A DNA stretch of 64,000 bases from Gammaproteobacteria bacterium. Its GTDB lineage: Bacteria > Pseudomonadota > Gammaproteobacteria > S012-40. Each line of letters begins with the position of its first letter. Positions within the stretch are counted from its first letter, which is position 1. Location: assembly GCA_027021445.1 (NCBI GenBank), contig JALUUH010000138.1:8275-72274 (forward strand), given 5' to 3'. A program made the position numbers and the translations under genes. The notes under the pieces were generated by a model. It worked only from the letters and a program-made list of their open reading frames with translations. It did no database searches and had not been told where the DNA came from. Positions 28,281-36,666 of the stretch are shown piece after piece.

Positions 28281-28337
28281 CTAGGAACTTATCCGCGAAC
28301 AGTATACGTAACGATCGCAGTTCTCGGACAAACCCTA
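28281..28337. repeat. Miniature (57 bp) member of the CTAGG-ended palindromic repeat family
   Basis: 'ctaggaacttatccgcgaac' and 'gttctcggacaaaccctag' form inverted ends related to the TIRs at 24538 and 25635. Confidence 0.5.
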
Positions 28338-28484
28338 GTATGCACTGAAAATCCAAGCAAAGATTAAATTAACTTTAACTTTTGGAAGAAACAAAGTACT
28401 TGTATTTAAATATTTAATTCGCTATATTCGGTAAACGCATATGAGTTTATGTCGTTAAACAAAAACAATCTGGGGGATTGAATA

Positions 28485-28604
28485 ATGGTTGATAACATAG
28501 GAATTAATATCCTTATTCCATTGGCAGTATTTGGCTTCATCATAGTTGGTTCATTGATGATGGCAGGCGCTGCACTTAAGGATACGCTTGAGCGTCGTAA
28601 ATAA
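28485..28604 (+). CDS. Small hydrophobic peptide, 39 aa (not in ORF track)
   Basis: The ATG is preceded by GGGGGA. The sequence is MVDNIGINILIPLAVFGFIIVGSLMMAGAALKDTLERRK. A strong terminator follows directly. Confidence 0.4.
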   Translation: MVDNIGINILIPLAVFGFIIVGSLMMAGAALKDTLERRK

Positions 28605-28622
28605 ACGCTACCAGGAATCAAT

Positions 28623-28650
28623 AAAAAAACCCGGCAAGCCGGGTTTTTTT
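28623..28650. terminator. Bidirectional rho-independent terminator
   Basis: The sequence is aaaaaaa-cccggcaagccggg-ttttttt. It can serve both the + strand peptide ORF and the minus-strand operon ending at 28675. Confidence 0.8.
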
Positions 28651-28674
28651 ATGCTCAGAATAAACGGCATTTGT

Positions 28675-31299
28675 TTATAATGGCGGATTAATTTCCTTAT
28701 ATAGACTCCTATAATATTTGACCTGCTCCAGATCTCCCTCCGCTTCAGCTATCTCCCATAAATCTTTAATCGCAAAATAGTGATCCGATCTAATTCTAAG
28801 GATTTCTTCTAAAGCTTGCTTTGCTGAGAAGCCATGCTCCTGCGCTTGATTCTTCGATGTGTACATTTGATCCGCTAAACCAAAACCTAACCAACGATCT
28901 TTATTGTTATACGCATAACCTTCTCTTAACTTTTGCAGCGCTTTATTTGGATCACCTTGCAGCGAAAACATCATGCTCTCAGCCCACAAATCAGTTCCTT
29001 TATACGCATTGCCAAACTGTACAAGCTCATCATTTGGAATTGAAAATATACCAGCAACCAGGTTTTCTGCTTGACGCATCGATAACACATATAAAAAAGT
29101 TTCTAATAAATTAAATCTGCCTTCATATTTTGCTTGCGGCAAAAGAAACTCTAATTTGGGAGACCACTCTGACTGTATCGCCGCAACTCTTACATCCTCT
29201 ATGTCGCCGATATAACGGCTCATCCAAGTCCAAACTCCCTCATTACCCGTTTTCTCCATAGTCGCCGGATCATCATACGAAACAAAATGTGACCGCATCG
29301 AAGCATAGAAGTCTGGTTTTTCAAGCGACCCCACTAGCGCCAGCCTAAAACCATCCAAAAATATCGCCGAATGCGGAAATGAGCCTTTAAAAGTACTTAA
29401 AACAATTTTCAGAGATTGAATATCATATTGATTTAAAGCGATCCACTGCACAAAAAGTCCGCGCTGATTCAAGATTCTAGCGACTCGCGCAAAGTGCTCA
29501 CTGGACAATAACGCTCCCCTACCCACGAGATCTGGATGAAATAAATCCCCTATCACTACATCGTAACTGCGCTTTGTTAACTTAATATACCGCCTAACAT
29601 CGTCTCTAACGATATCAATTTTATTACTAACATCCAGATTAACCTTGGCAAAATAACTACCGGCAGACTCGATCGCCCCTGCAGATAATTCTACAGCTGT
29701 AATACTTACCTCAGGGAATGCTAACGCTCCCGACGCAGTAATTCCCGTACCTAAACCCAAAAACAATACCTCTTTTGGGTCGTGATGTAACAGCAAAGAT
29801 AATCTCGCTTGATTTTTCTGAACAGTAACTGCAGTAGGCTCAGTTGAAGCATCCATCCGCTGAAGATCAGAAAGCAACAAACGTTCACCCGATGGCTTAT
29901 CAACAACACTCGTTAAAGAAACTGCATCTTCATAATAAAAAACATCTTTGGAATTTTTAAATGCCTCAGGAAGCAGACTTGAAACAGCAGGAAAGCCGAG
30001 AAACAATAAACCAATGAGCGAAATTGAAACTGCAGATAGCTGATAGGACCTCGAAGGAGCCCAAGCCAAACCGGTAAAAACCACGACCAATATAGAAATG
30101 TATATAATGGATACCGAACCAAACACCGGCAATAAAACAAAAGCAGCCAGCAATGCACCGATGGCGCCACCCAGTGAATTTGCGCCATATAAAAGCACCG
30201 CATCCTCAGCGCTACCTGAGAGACTTTGAAGCAAAACCGGAAACCACATTCCGAATAGAAACGTAACGGGAAAAAACACTACAAACAACACAAAAAATTG
30301 ATTAATAATGGCTTCATTAAAACTTTGAAAGTCGCTTAATTCAGCCCACGAAGATACAAATGGCAGCAATAAGATAGATAACAGACCAAAAACCGCAATT
30401 AACAACGGAATTACTGCTAGCAATACCTTTCGCTGAAAAAACCGATGGGCAAAAGCACCTATACCTATGCCTAATAGAAAAATAGCCAAAAGCATGGCTA
30501 AAACATATTCAGTTCTTAATAACACCATTCCATAAAGCCGAACCCATGCTATTTGCAACATCAAAGCTGCCATCCCTATCAACCCATAAGCAATTAATGA
30601 GGTCTTACTAACAGAGTTTGGTTTTTTGCAGACTACTTTTGATTTACCTAGCTGATCTAAAAAAAAGGACAACACAAAACATAATATTGCGATAAACAAA
30701 CCTAATATTGCCACCAGACGAGAAGAAACTATCCAGCCAAACACAGGCAATAGATAAATTGGCGTAATTGAACCAACGACCCCGCCTATTGTATTAATTC
30801 CATAAATTTGCCCAACTGTAATTTTGTATGGCTTTAACACATCAAGTAACAACGCAAAGGTTGCGCCCATCGCAACAGCAGGAATGAAAAGGAGAATAAA
30901 ACATGCGACTGATTCCAAGAAAAGAAAGGAACTCCAACTATTTTGTTCCGTATTCAAATAAATGAAACCTTCAATTTCCGGAACAAATTTTGGTAGCAAA
31001 AAAGCAAAGATAGCAATAAAGGCTTCCAATAATGCGAACAGCCTTAACGGAGAAATATTGAGCCGGACAAAATAAGCCCCAAGAAACCCGCCAGCGCCTA
31101 GTCCGGCCATAAATGCGGCAACTGTAATGGCTACACCAAAAATGTTTACCCCAAATATAAGCGATAGCATACGAACCCATAATATTTCGTAGGCTAGAGA
31201 AGTAAATCCAGTTAGAAAATATGCAGTTGCTATTAAGAGAGCAATGAAGGGAAGTGTCGACTTAGTTGAAACTTGATTGCCTATAGTCGTTTCAGTCAT
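28675..31299 (-). CDS. Fused polytopic membrane domain / spermidine-synthase-like class-I methyltransferase-fold / C-terminal TPR-like protein, 874 aa
   Basis: The N-terminal region of about 450 aa has many TM helices. The middle 'VLFLGLGTGITASGAL...AVELS...YDVVIGDLFHP' is a SAM/dcSAM-binding, spermidine-synthase-like fold. The C-terminus is helical-repeat. Confidence 0.7.
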   Translation of the reverse strand: MTETTIGNQVSTKSTLPFIALLIATAYFLTGFTSLAYEILWVRMLSLIFGVNIFGVAITVAAFMAGLGAGGFLGAYFVRLNISPLRLFALLEAFIAIFAFLLPKFVPEIEGFIYLNTEQNSWSSFLFLESVACFILLFIPAVAMGATFALLLDVLKPYKITVGQIYGINTIGGVVGSITPIYLLPVFGWIVSSRLVAILGLFIAILCFVLSFFLDQLGKSKVVCKKPNSVSKTSLIAYGLIGMAALMLQIAWVRLYGMVLLRTEYVLAMLLAIFLLGIGIGAFAHRFFQRKVLLAVIPLLIAVFGLLSILLLPFVSSWAELSDFQSFNEAIINQFFVLFVVFFPVTFLFGMWFPVLLQSLSGSAEDAVLLYGANSLGGAIGALLAAFVLLPVFGSVSIIYISILVVVFTGLAWAPSRSYQLSAVSISLIGLLFLGFPAVSSLLPEAFKNSKDVFYYEDAVSLTSVVDKPSGERLLLSDLQRMDASTEPTAVTVQKNQARLSLLLHHDPKEVLFLGLGTGITASGALAFPEVSITAVELSAGAIESAGSYFAKVNLDVSNKIDIVRDDVRRYIKLTKRSYDVVIGDLFHPDLVGRGALLSSEHFARVARILNQRGLFVQWIALNQYDIQSLKIVLSTFKGSFPHSAIFLDGFRLALVGSLEKPDFYASMRSHFVSYDDPATMEKTGNEGVWTWMSRYIGDIEDVRVAAIQSEWSPKLEFLLPQAKYEGRFNLLETFLYVLSMRQAENLVAGIFSIPNDELVQFGNAYKGTDLWAESMMFSLQGDPNKALQKLREGYAYNNKDRWLGFGLADQMYTSKNQAQEHGFSAKQALEEILRIRSDHYFAIKDLWEIAEAEGDLEQVKYYRSLYKEINPPL

Positions 31300-31308
31300 A
31301 TAATAAAA

Positions 31309-31656
31309 TTAATATGGATAAAACCAAACAACCGCAGTGACCGCATGCGCCACTGTTAGAAATACCGAAACACCGGCAAATATCATATGAGGAACAAATA
31401 CATTTTTTCCATAAATCCCGAGAGCCAGGCCAAATGCAGATGTTGCAAAAATGAATACCAACAAAATAATTCCCATGATAAACAATATTTCATGCCTACC
31501 TTGATTGAGCTCACTCTCCTCTTGCACATTAGTTTCTACACTTTTGAAAGGCGCCATCACAGCCGCACCACTCGATTCGGTTGAAAAACTACTCATTGGA
31601 AAAGCAAGCAAAAGCAGTAAGAGACCAATTAAATGGACCTTAGTCATTTTTAGCAT
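31309..31656 (-). CDS. Small membrane protein (signal peptide + 2 TM, His-containing), 115 aa
   Basis: It sits in an operon with only a 9-nt gap. It is hydrophobic and contains 'VPHMIFAG...LTVAHAVTAVVWF'. Confidence 0.4.
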   Translation of the reverse strand: MLKMTKVHLIGLLLLLLAFPMSSFSTESSGAAVMAPFKSVETNVQEESELNQGRHEILFIMGIILLVFIFATSAFGLALGIYGKNVFVPHMIFAGVSVFLTVAHAVTAVVWFYPY

Positions 31657-31668
31657 TTGTATAACCTG

Positions 31669-31899
31669 TTATTTAGTTTTTTTTGAGGTATTGTCTTTTT
31701 TAAACGCAAAGCGCCAATACAATATTGCCATTAATACCGGAGCCGCAAGCACCATTGGCAATAAAAAGATAAAAATTGCCCAAGGTGTTTCTATCGTGAC
31801 GTGCAGCCATCTATAACTATCTGTTGCATCAGCAAAAGCAGACGATGAAAATAAAAGACTACAAACTACAGAATAAATGATTAAAAAATTCTTGCTCAT
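31669..31899 (-). CDS. Small membrane protein, 76 aa
   Basis: It has a signal peptide ('SSSAFADA') and one TM. It is packed within the operon. Confidence 0.4.
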   Translation of the reverse strand: MSKNFLIIYSVVCSLLFSSSAFADATDSYRWLHVTIETPWAIFIFLLPMVLAAPVLMAILYWRFAFKKDNTSKKTK

Positions 31900-31914
31900 A
31901 ATTATACCAACTGG

Positions 31915-32979
31915 TTAGTGATCTACATCTTTAACGGTGCGAAACCCATAAAAATCAGATGCAAAATTAGGCCATGAAAAGTTGCGATGATAGGACGAAG
32001 TTGAAAAAGGATCTCCTTTCCACGACCCACCCCTCATTACTTTATATCTTTCTTCAGTTTCCATAAAGTCTAACATTTTTAAATTTCGTTCTTTTGAATC
32101 TTTAGGGATAATGGGAACTTTTGCCTTGAACAGAGACTCAGATGCCTCGCTACCCTTGTATGGATAAAAATCATCCTCGACCCATTCACTCACATTTCCT
32201 GCCATATCCATTACCCCGTATGGGCTAGCACCCTGAGGATAAGTCGTTACATCCGTAGTAGACCCAACATGATAGTAGGTATTTAGGCGCTTAGGATCCA
32301 TTTTATTCCCCCAAGGCCAGCGTCTAGCATCTTCACCCCTGGCTGCCTTTTCCCACTCAACCTCTGATGGAAGTCGCTTACCCGCCCATTCTGCATACGC
32401 TCTAGCATCAAACCATGAAACCAATACAACCGGGTGCATTTTCAAACCCAAAGGTATTTTTCCAGATTCCCAGTGTAATGGCGGCCGATAGTCAGTGGCT
32501 GCAATGAATCTCGCATATTGAGCATTGGTTACCGGATATTTATCAATTTCATAAGCTGCAACATTCACGATATGCGCTGGCTTGTTCTGCGAGTCAGCTT
32601 TTCTATCATCGGTACCCAAACTATACTCACCAGCGGGAATGAGTATTCTGGTATCAAGTTCATTCCAAACTTCTTCGGTCAATAATGCATTAGCCTCATC
32701 AACAGAATAAGTTACCTTAGGGATCGCTCTGTCCTCTTGAGCTTGGTTTCGATATAAGTCTTCTCCCGCCGCTCTAAGATGATCATTTAATTCAGAGAGG
32801 TCATACGCTGCAAGATCGCGCATTTGGGTCATTCGGTTTAAACCCAACTCCAGAACATGGATGGTGCCCATAACGAGCGCAATTACGATACAAGACACAA
32901 AAGTAGCGCCTAGAATTTTTTTCCTGAATAATATCTGATCAGATGAAACTTTAGTTCTTTTCAAAGCTGGGACTTGCAT
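31915..32979 (-). CDS. Membrane-anchored formylglycine-generating-enzyme-fold protein (SUMF1/EgtB/PvdO/NirV family), 354 aa
   Basis: It has an N-terminal TM. Supporting motifs are 'YEIDKYPVTNAQYARFI', 'HPVVLVSWFDARAYAEWAGKRLPSEVEWEKAARG', 'GNVSEWVED' and 'VMRGGSW'. Confidence 0.8.
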   Translation of the reverse strand: MQVPALKRTKVSSDQILFRKKILGATFVSCIVIALVMGTIHVLELGLNRMTQMRDLAAYDLSELNDHLRAAGEDLYRNQAQEDRAIPKVTYSVDEANALLTEEVWNELDTRILIPAGEYSLGTDDRKADSQNKPAHIVNVAAYEIDKYPVTNAQYARFIAATDYRPPLHWESGKIPLGLKMHPVVLVSWFDARAYAEWAGKRLPSEVEWEKAARGEDARRWPWGNKMDPKRLNTYYHVGSTTDVTTYPQGASPYGVMDMAGNVSEWVEDDFYPYKGSEASESLFKAKVPIIPKDSKERNLKMLDFMETEERYKVMRGGSWKGDPFSTSSYHRNFSWPNFASDFYGFRTVKDVDH

Positions 32980-32988
32980 TACAGAACC

Positions 32989-33516
32989 TCATAAACTTTC
33001 TTTGTTAATATCAGCTGCGGATTCAGGTTTCTTGCTTTCCACTTTATTTTGATAACGAATGTGTCTATCAGACTTTGAACTTCGGCCATACGTTTTTTTG
33101 ATAACATACTCGCCGACTATTCCACCACCTGCGCAAGCTTCCACACAAACAATAACAATCAAAATCCAGTAGCCAATTGGCAGCACTGAAACACCTTCAG
33201 CTAAAAACCGAGTGTCATACGAAATAATATACTCGGGTATCAAAATCAATAGGGGGGGAAAATTGGCCAGCATTTTTCCGCCTAAGCCATAAATAGCAGA
33301 TACAAGCATCCCAGCGATAAACGGAACGACTATGATTGTTACAATCCACATTGGCCGGAAAGTATGTAAAAGCCCGTAATATAGCTCCAAATTTACGCCA
33401 GTTAGCATCTTGCCAAAATAGAAAACAACTGCGCCTGCAAAGACAGCAAATAACGCCCATCCTACATCGAGTATTTTTATTTTACGGGATAGGTTCTGAA
33501 TCATCGGTATAATCAT
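32989..33516 (-). CDS. Polytopic membrane protein of unknown function, ~171-175 aa
   Basis: It has 4 predicted TM helices and overlaps the upstream gene. The start is uncertain (33516 or 33504). Confidence 0.45.
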   Translation of the reverse strand: MIIPMIQNLSRKIKILDVGWALFAVFAGAVVFYFGKMLTGVNLELYYGLLHTFRPMWIVTIIVVPFIAGMLVSAIYGLGGKMLANFPPLLILIPEYIISYDTRFLAEGVSVLPIGYWILIVIVCVEACAGGGIVGEYVIKKTYGRSSKSDRHIRYQNKVESKKPESAADINKESL

Positions 33517-33988
33517 TTCCAGTTAATTTTTCATAACGTTTTTTTGTGGCATCTTGTAAATACCAATCCTTAACCTTTAACGTTGCAAGGTATTTAGCTA
33601 AAGTTTGACGCTCATCCACACTCAAGTGCGCATAGGAAGGCATACGATATTTTGGCTTCAACCTCGAGGGCAAAATATCTTGCGGAACCTCCGATGACAA
33701 ATAATTAAACAGCCAAGCTTCATCTCTAAACTCTCCAACACCATCAATAGCAGGCGCGGGTACAGCTTGATTCAGATCCCTGGTTCCCCATATAAAATGG
33801 CATTCTCTGCAATGAAGAGTTCGGAGAATATTTCCTGCTTTATTAGCTAGTTCTGGGCTAGCATTTGAAACAAATGGTATATCCATTTCTTCTTCAGCTA
33901 CATCTTCTTTATTACCAAACTTCAAGCCTGCAATTATTGCAACACTTAAAATCATCGCTACAGCGATACCTTTTTCACCGGTTCTCAT
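33482..33988 (-). CDS. Membrane-anchored monohaem cytochrome c with CcoO-like haem domain, 168 aa
   Basis: It has a TM anchor and a single CRECH. 'PAPAIDGVGEFRDEAWLFNYLSS...YRMPSY' parallels the CcoO pattern 'GPDL..VG.R....W...HL..P....MP.Y'. Confidence 0.65.
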   Translation of the reverse strand: MRTGEKGIAVAMILSVAIIAGLKFGNKEDVAEEEMDIPFVSNASPELANKAGNILRTLHCRECHFIWGTRDLNQAVPAPAIDGVGEFRDEAWLFNYLSSEVPQDILPSRLKPKYRMPSYAHLSVDERQTLAKYLATLKVKDWYLQDATKKRYEKLTGNDYTDDSEPIP

Positions 33989-34263
33989 TTTTTACGTGCT
34001 TTCGCCTCAAGCTTCTCTCTTAGAACATCCTTGCGTTTTTGCTCTTGTTCTTTTTGTATTTTAAGCATGTATTCGTATTCTTCAGGTTCCATTTTATCTT
34101 TGTCTTTTTCATCAAAGACAACATATTTTATATCTTCATCAAACTGTTCGTTTTTAGCCGCCCAGCGCAAAGCGATACCTGCACCAACTAATATTAGCGC
34201 AGCAACCACCAACCATAAATATATAGTCCATCCATCGGGTAGATTTTGAAAAAAATCAGCCAT
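33985..34263 (-). CDS. Single-TM protein with highly charged C-terminal tail, 92 aa
   Basis: The TM is 'IYLWLVVAALILVGAGIAL' and a K/E-rich tail follows. It has a 4-nt ATGA overlap with the next gene. Confidence 0.45.
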   Translation of the reverse strand: MADFFQNLPDGWTIYLWLVVAALILVGAGIALRWAAKNEQFDEDIKYVVFDEKDKDKMEPEEYEYMLKIQKEQEQKRKDVLREKLEAKARKK

Positions 34264-34274
34264 ACATAATTCCT

Positions 34275-34616
34275 CTAAATCAAGTAACCTTCAATTAACT
34301 GTACATAACCCATAATTACCGCTAAAAATAGTCCAATAATTATCGCGCCAAACATAACTTTTTCACCCGTTTTTAGTTTCTTGTCATCACCCTTTGGCAT
34401 ATATAGATAAATTATAAATCCAAATACAAGTAACGAAAGAACTAAAAAGAAAAAAATATAATTACTGAATACCTGTGAACGCAGACCTTCAATACTCATA
34501 TCTACGCCAAACACAATATTATTATCAGAAACACTCTCAACGACAAATGTCGGCAGCCAATCAAAAACTAATATCTGGCTCATGATGGAGAAAACTAAAC
34601 TACTAAAAACTTCCAT
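34275..34616 (-). CDS. Membrane protein of unknown function, 113 aa
   Basis: It is the first ORF after the terminator at 34709-34745 and has 3 hydrophobic segments. Confidence 0.4.
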   Translation of the reverse strand: MEVFSSLVFSIMSQILVFDWLPTFVVESVSDNNIVFGVDMSIEGLRSQVFSNYIFFFLVLSLLVFGFIIYLYMPKGDDKKLKTGEKVMFGAIIIGLFLAVIMGYVQLIEGYLI

Positions 34617-34708
34617 CTAATGCACCTTTTATTTAATTATAAATATCAATATTTAAGTGAGACTTAGAGTCATTAAATTAAAGAAAGTTTCGTTTAATAA
34701 CCCCTGCT

Positions 34709-34745
34709 AAAAGAAAAGCCGCTCCATTAAGGAGCGGCTTTATTT
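34709..34745 (-). terminator. Rho-independent terminator ending the ccoN-like operon
   Basis: An 8-bp stem (gccgctcc / ggagcggc, 34718-25 / 34731-38) has a 5-nt loop and T-rich flanks on both strands. Confidence 0.7.
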
Positions 34746-34776
34746 CTTGCAAAGCACTGACTAAAAACGTATTTAA

Positions 34777-34926
34777 TTAATTAAATACATCGTCGTCATT
34801 GCCCGCTTCTTCTGAATGGCGCTTCCAATGAGCATCTACTAGGAATATCCCATACAAAGTAGGACAAAGAATAGCGAACGCTATCATGCCAGCAAATACA
34901 CCTGGCGCATAATCATAATCAATCAT
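34777..34926 (-). CDS. Small TM peptide, 49 aa (not in ORF track)
   Basis: The upstream context is TAAGGAGTCATACAAATG, so an AGGAG SD sits right after the upstream stop. The sequence is MIDYDYAPGVFAGMIAFAILCPTLYGIFLVDAHWKRHSEEAGNDDDVFN. Confidence 0.5.
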   Translation of the reverse strand: MIDYDYAPGVFAGMIAFAILCPTLYGIFLVDAHWKRHSEEAGNDDDVFN

Positions 34927-34938
34927 TTGTATGACTCC

Positions 34939-35619
34939 TTATATTCTACCAATGTCAGGCTTTCTCGTAAAATGAGGTAGCTGCTTAATAACAATAATCA
35001 TTGTTATTATGAAATAAGTCACATAAAAAACATCAATCGTGTAACCCTTATCCCACCATGGCTGCAAACGTTCACGAACCAGTTTTCCACCTATTTCAAC
35101 ATAGTTGCCTTCGAAATTAGCAAGAACGATTCTATCACCGATTACGTTATACCAACTTAAAGGGTATAAGCCACCATTTTGAATTTCACGAATACCAGGC
35201 GCGATATTTAGAAGATCATCCCAAGTAATTGGATGTCTCTCCAAAGCACCCTGCAGACGACTATCAGCGCCACTATAAACCAAATTATAGAGATACTCGA
35301 TTTTCTTCTCCGGATCAGCGATTTGCTGTACTTCAGGCGAATTCATATTCGCAACAAATTCCTTGAAGTTGTCAGCAGTAGGCCGCTGCCCCCAGATAGG
35401 CATGGTTATCATGAACGCCGTAAGTATTATCAACGCCATGATTAAAACTAAAGGCATCGGAAGACGATTATTGCCTTCACTTAACCCACCATGTTTTTCT
35501 TTTTCCCAATGCTCTATCATTTCTTTCTGTTCTTTATCATCAGAAAGGCAGTATAGAGGCTGATCAAATTTCCAACCCATAATTAAATCCCCCGTTATCT
35601 CAAGCTCGTCATAATCCAA
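34939..35619 (-). CDS. Haem-less CcoP-position protein: FixP_N-like TM entry + soluble domain + C-terminal TM, 213-226 aa
   Basis: 'EGNNRLPMPLVLIMALIIL' resembles the CcoP N-terminus, and 'PIWGQRP' is present. No CxxCH is present. The likely start is ATG 35580 (GGGGGA SD) rather than 35619. Confidence 0.5.
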   Translation of the reverse strand: MDYDELEITGDLIMGWKFDQPLYCLSDDKEQKEMIEHWEKEKHGGLSEGNNRLPMPLVLIMALIILTAFMITMPIWGQRPTADNFKEFVANMNSPEVQQIADPEKKIEYLYNLVYSGADSRLQGALERHPITWDDLLNIAPGIREIQNGGLYPLSWYNVIGDRIVLANFEGNYVEIGGKLVRERLQPWWDKGYTIDVFYVTYFIITMIIVIKQLPHFTRKPDIGRI

Positions 35620-36575
35620 TCTACCAATGCACGAACCTGTGAATCAGCTGCAGGCTCAGGCACATCAGGCGGATAAATTGAATCACCTTTAAGGTACGTC
35701 ATATACTCAGCTCGCCACTTAGGAAAGTCAATTGATGCACCGCTAGCATCGCGAGCATCCGAAGGACCTTTACCAATTGGCGCCCAAAGATAATCAAACC
35801 TAGGCATGATTGAGTTAGGCTGAACTAAACGCGGATTAAAAAAGTGCATATACATCCATTCACGCGATGAATTACGTGAAGCTACGTGCAAAATATCCGG
35901 TGCTTTACGATCTGAACCGAAAGCGGTAGGCATTTCACCATTGAAGTCACCAAGATATGGCGGAGTACCAAAATACTGCCAATCTTGGGTTTCTTCTGGT
36001 AGCAATGTATGACACCACCAGCAACCCTCTGTGATATAGATGGTTTTACCTGCTCCAACAAATCGCTTAGCATCATCACCAACCGAACTTAGAACCTTAT
36101 CTACCGTCCATCCACGTACTGCCGTTGCATTCTCCACATAATCCAACTCTTCACCGTTGAACTCACCTTTAACAATGGTGAACACTATACCGTCACCCGG
36201 TTTAGCATCGTTAATTTTGCCAACATTGACACTTAACTCTTCAACCCCTAAACCAAGCTGATCAGTATGATTAATACCAGGCGAAAATGGAGTACCAGGC
36301 TTGTATACATAAGCTCTTATTGGCGGATCAATTGCAGCGCCCGTTGAAGGATCTTTGTCTAAAATTACAGTTACTGGCTTACCATCACCTCGCACCAAAG
36401 GATCTTCATAACTAAATCCTATAAGACGACCAGCAGAAAGCTGTTTATCCAAGCCAACCCAAGTAGAAACACCTGAACGGAAGTCAAAACTTGGGAAGAA
36501 CAGTGTAATACTCATTGAAAAGCCCATCATCAAACCGATGCCGGCTGAACCAAATTTATGTTGTCTAAAACCCAC
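35595..36575 (-). CDS. CcoO-like monohaem subunit with ~150-aa insertion between TM anchor and haem domain, 326 aa
   Basis: 'GKTIYITEGCWWCHT' and 'FGSDRKAPDILHVASRNSSREWMYMHFFNPRLVQPNSIMPRFDYLW' match the canonical CcoO/FixO pattern. The extra segment spans roughly residues 40-190. Confidence 0.8.
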   Translation of the reverse strand: MGFRQHKFGSAGIGLMMGFSMSITLFFPSFDFRSGVSTWVGLDKQLSAGRLIGFSYEDPLVRGDGKPVTVILDKDPSTGAAIDPPIRAYVYKPGTPFSPGINHTDQLGLGVEELSVNVGKINDAKPGDGIVFTIVKGEFNGEELDYVENATAVRGWTVDKVLSSVGDDAKRFVGAGKTIYITEGCWWCHTLLPEETQDWQYFGTPPYLGDFNGEMPTAFGSDRKAPDILHVASRNSSREWMYMHFFNPRLVQPNSIMPRFDYLWAPIGKGPSDARDASGASIDFPKWRAEYMTYLKGDSIYPPDVPEPAADSQVRALVDWIMTSLR

Positions 36576-36666
36576 TTGTCACTCCTCCCTAGAAGCAATC
36601 GTTAATCCTGAGGGAAAAAATCGGAACTCCCTCAGGATCTCAAATGCTGCTATTTCAAATTTACGA

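Noticed and set aside
28406-28621. The track lists a 71-aa minus-strand ORF in the gap between the CcoG-like gene and the 874-aa gene.
   Set aside because: It would run through the bidirectional terminator region and has no SD. The plus-strand 39-aa ORF (28485-28604), with a GGGGGA SD and a terminator directly after its stop, explains the region better.
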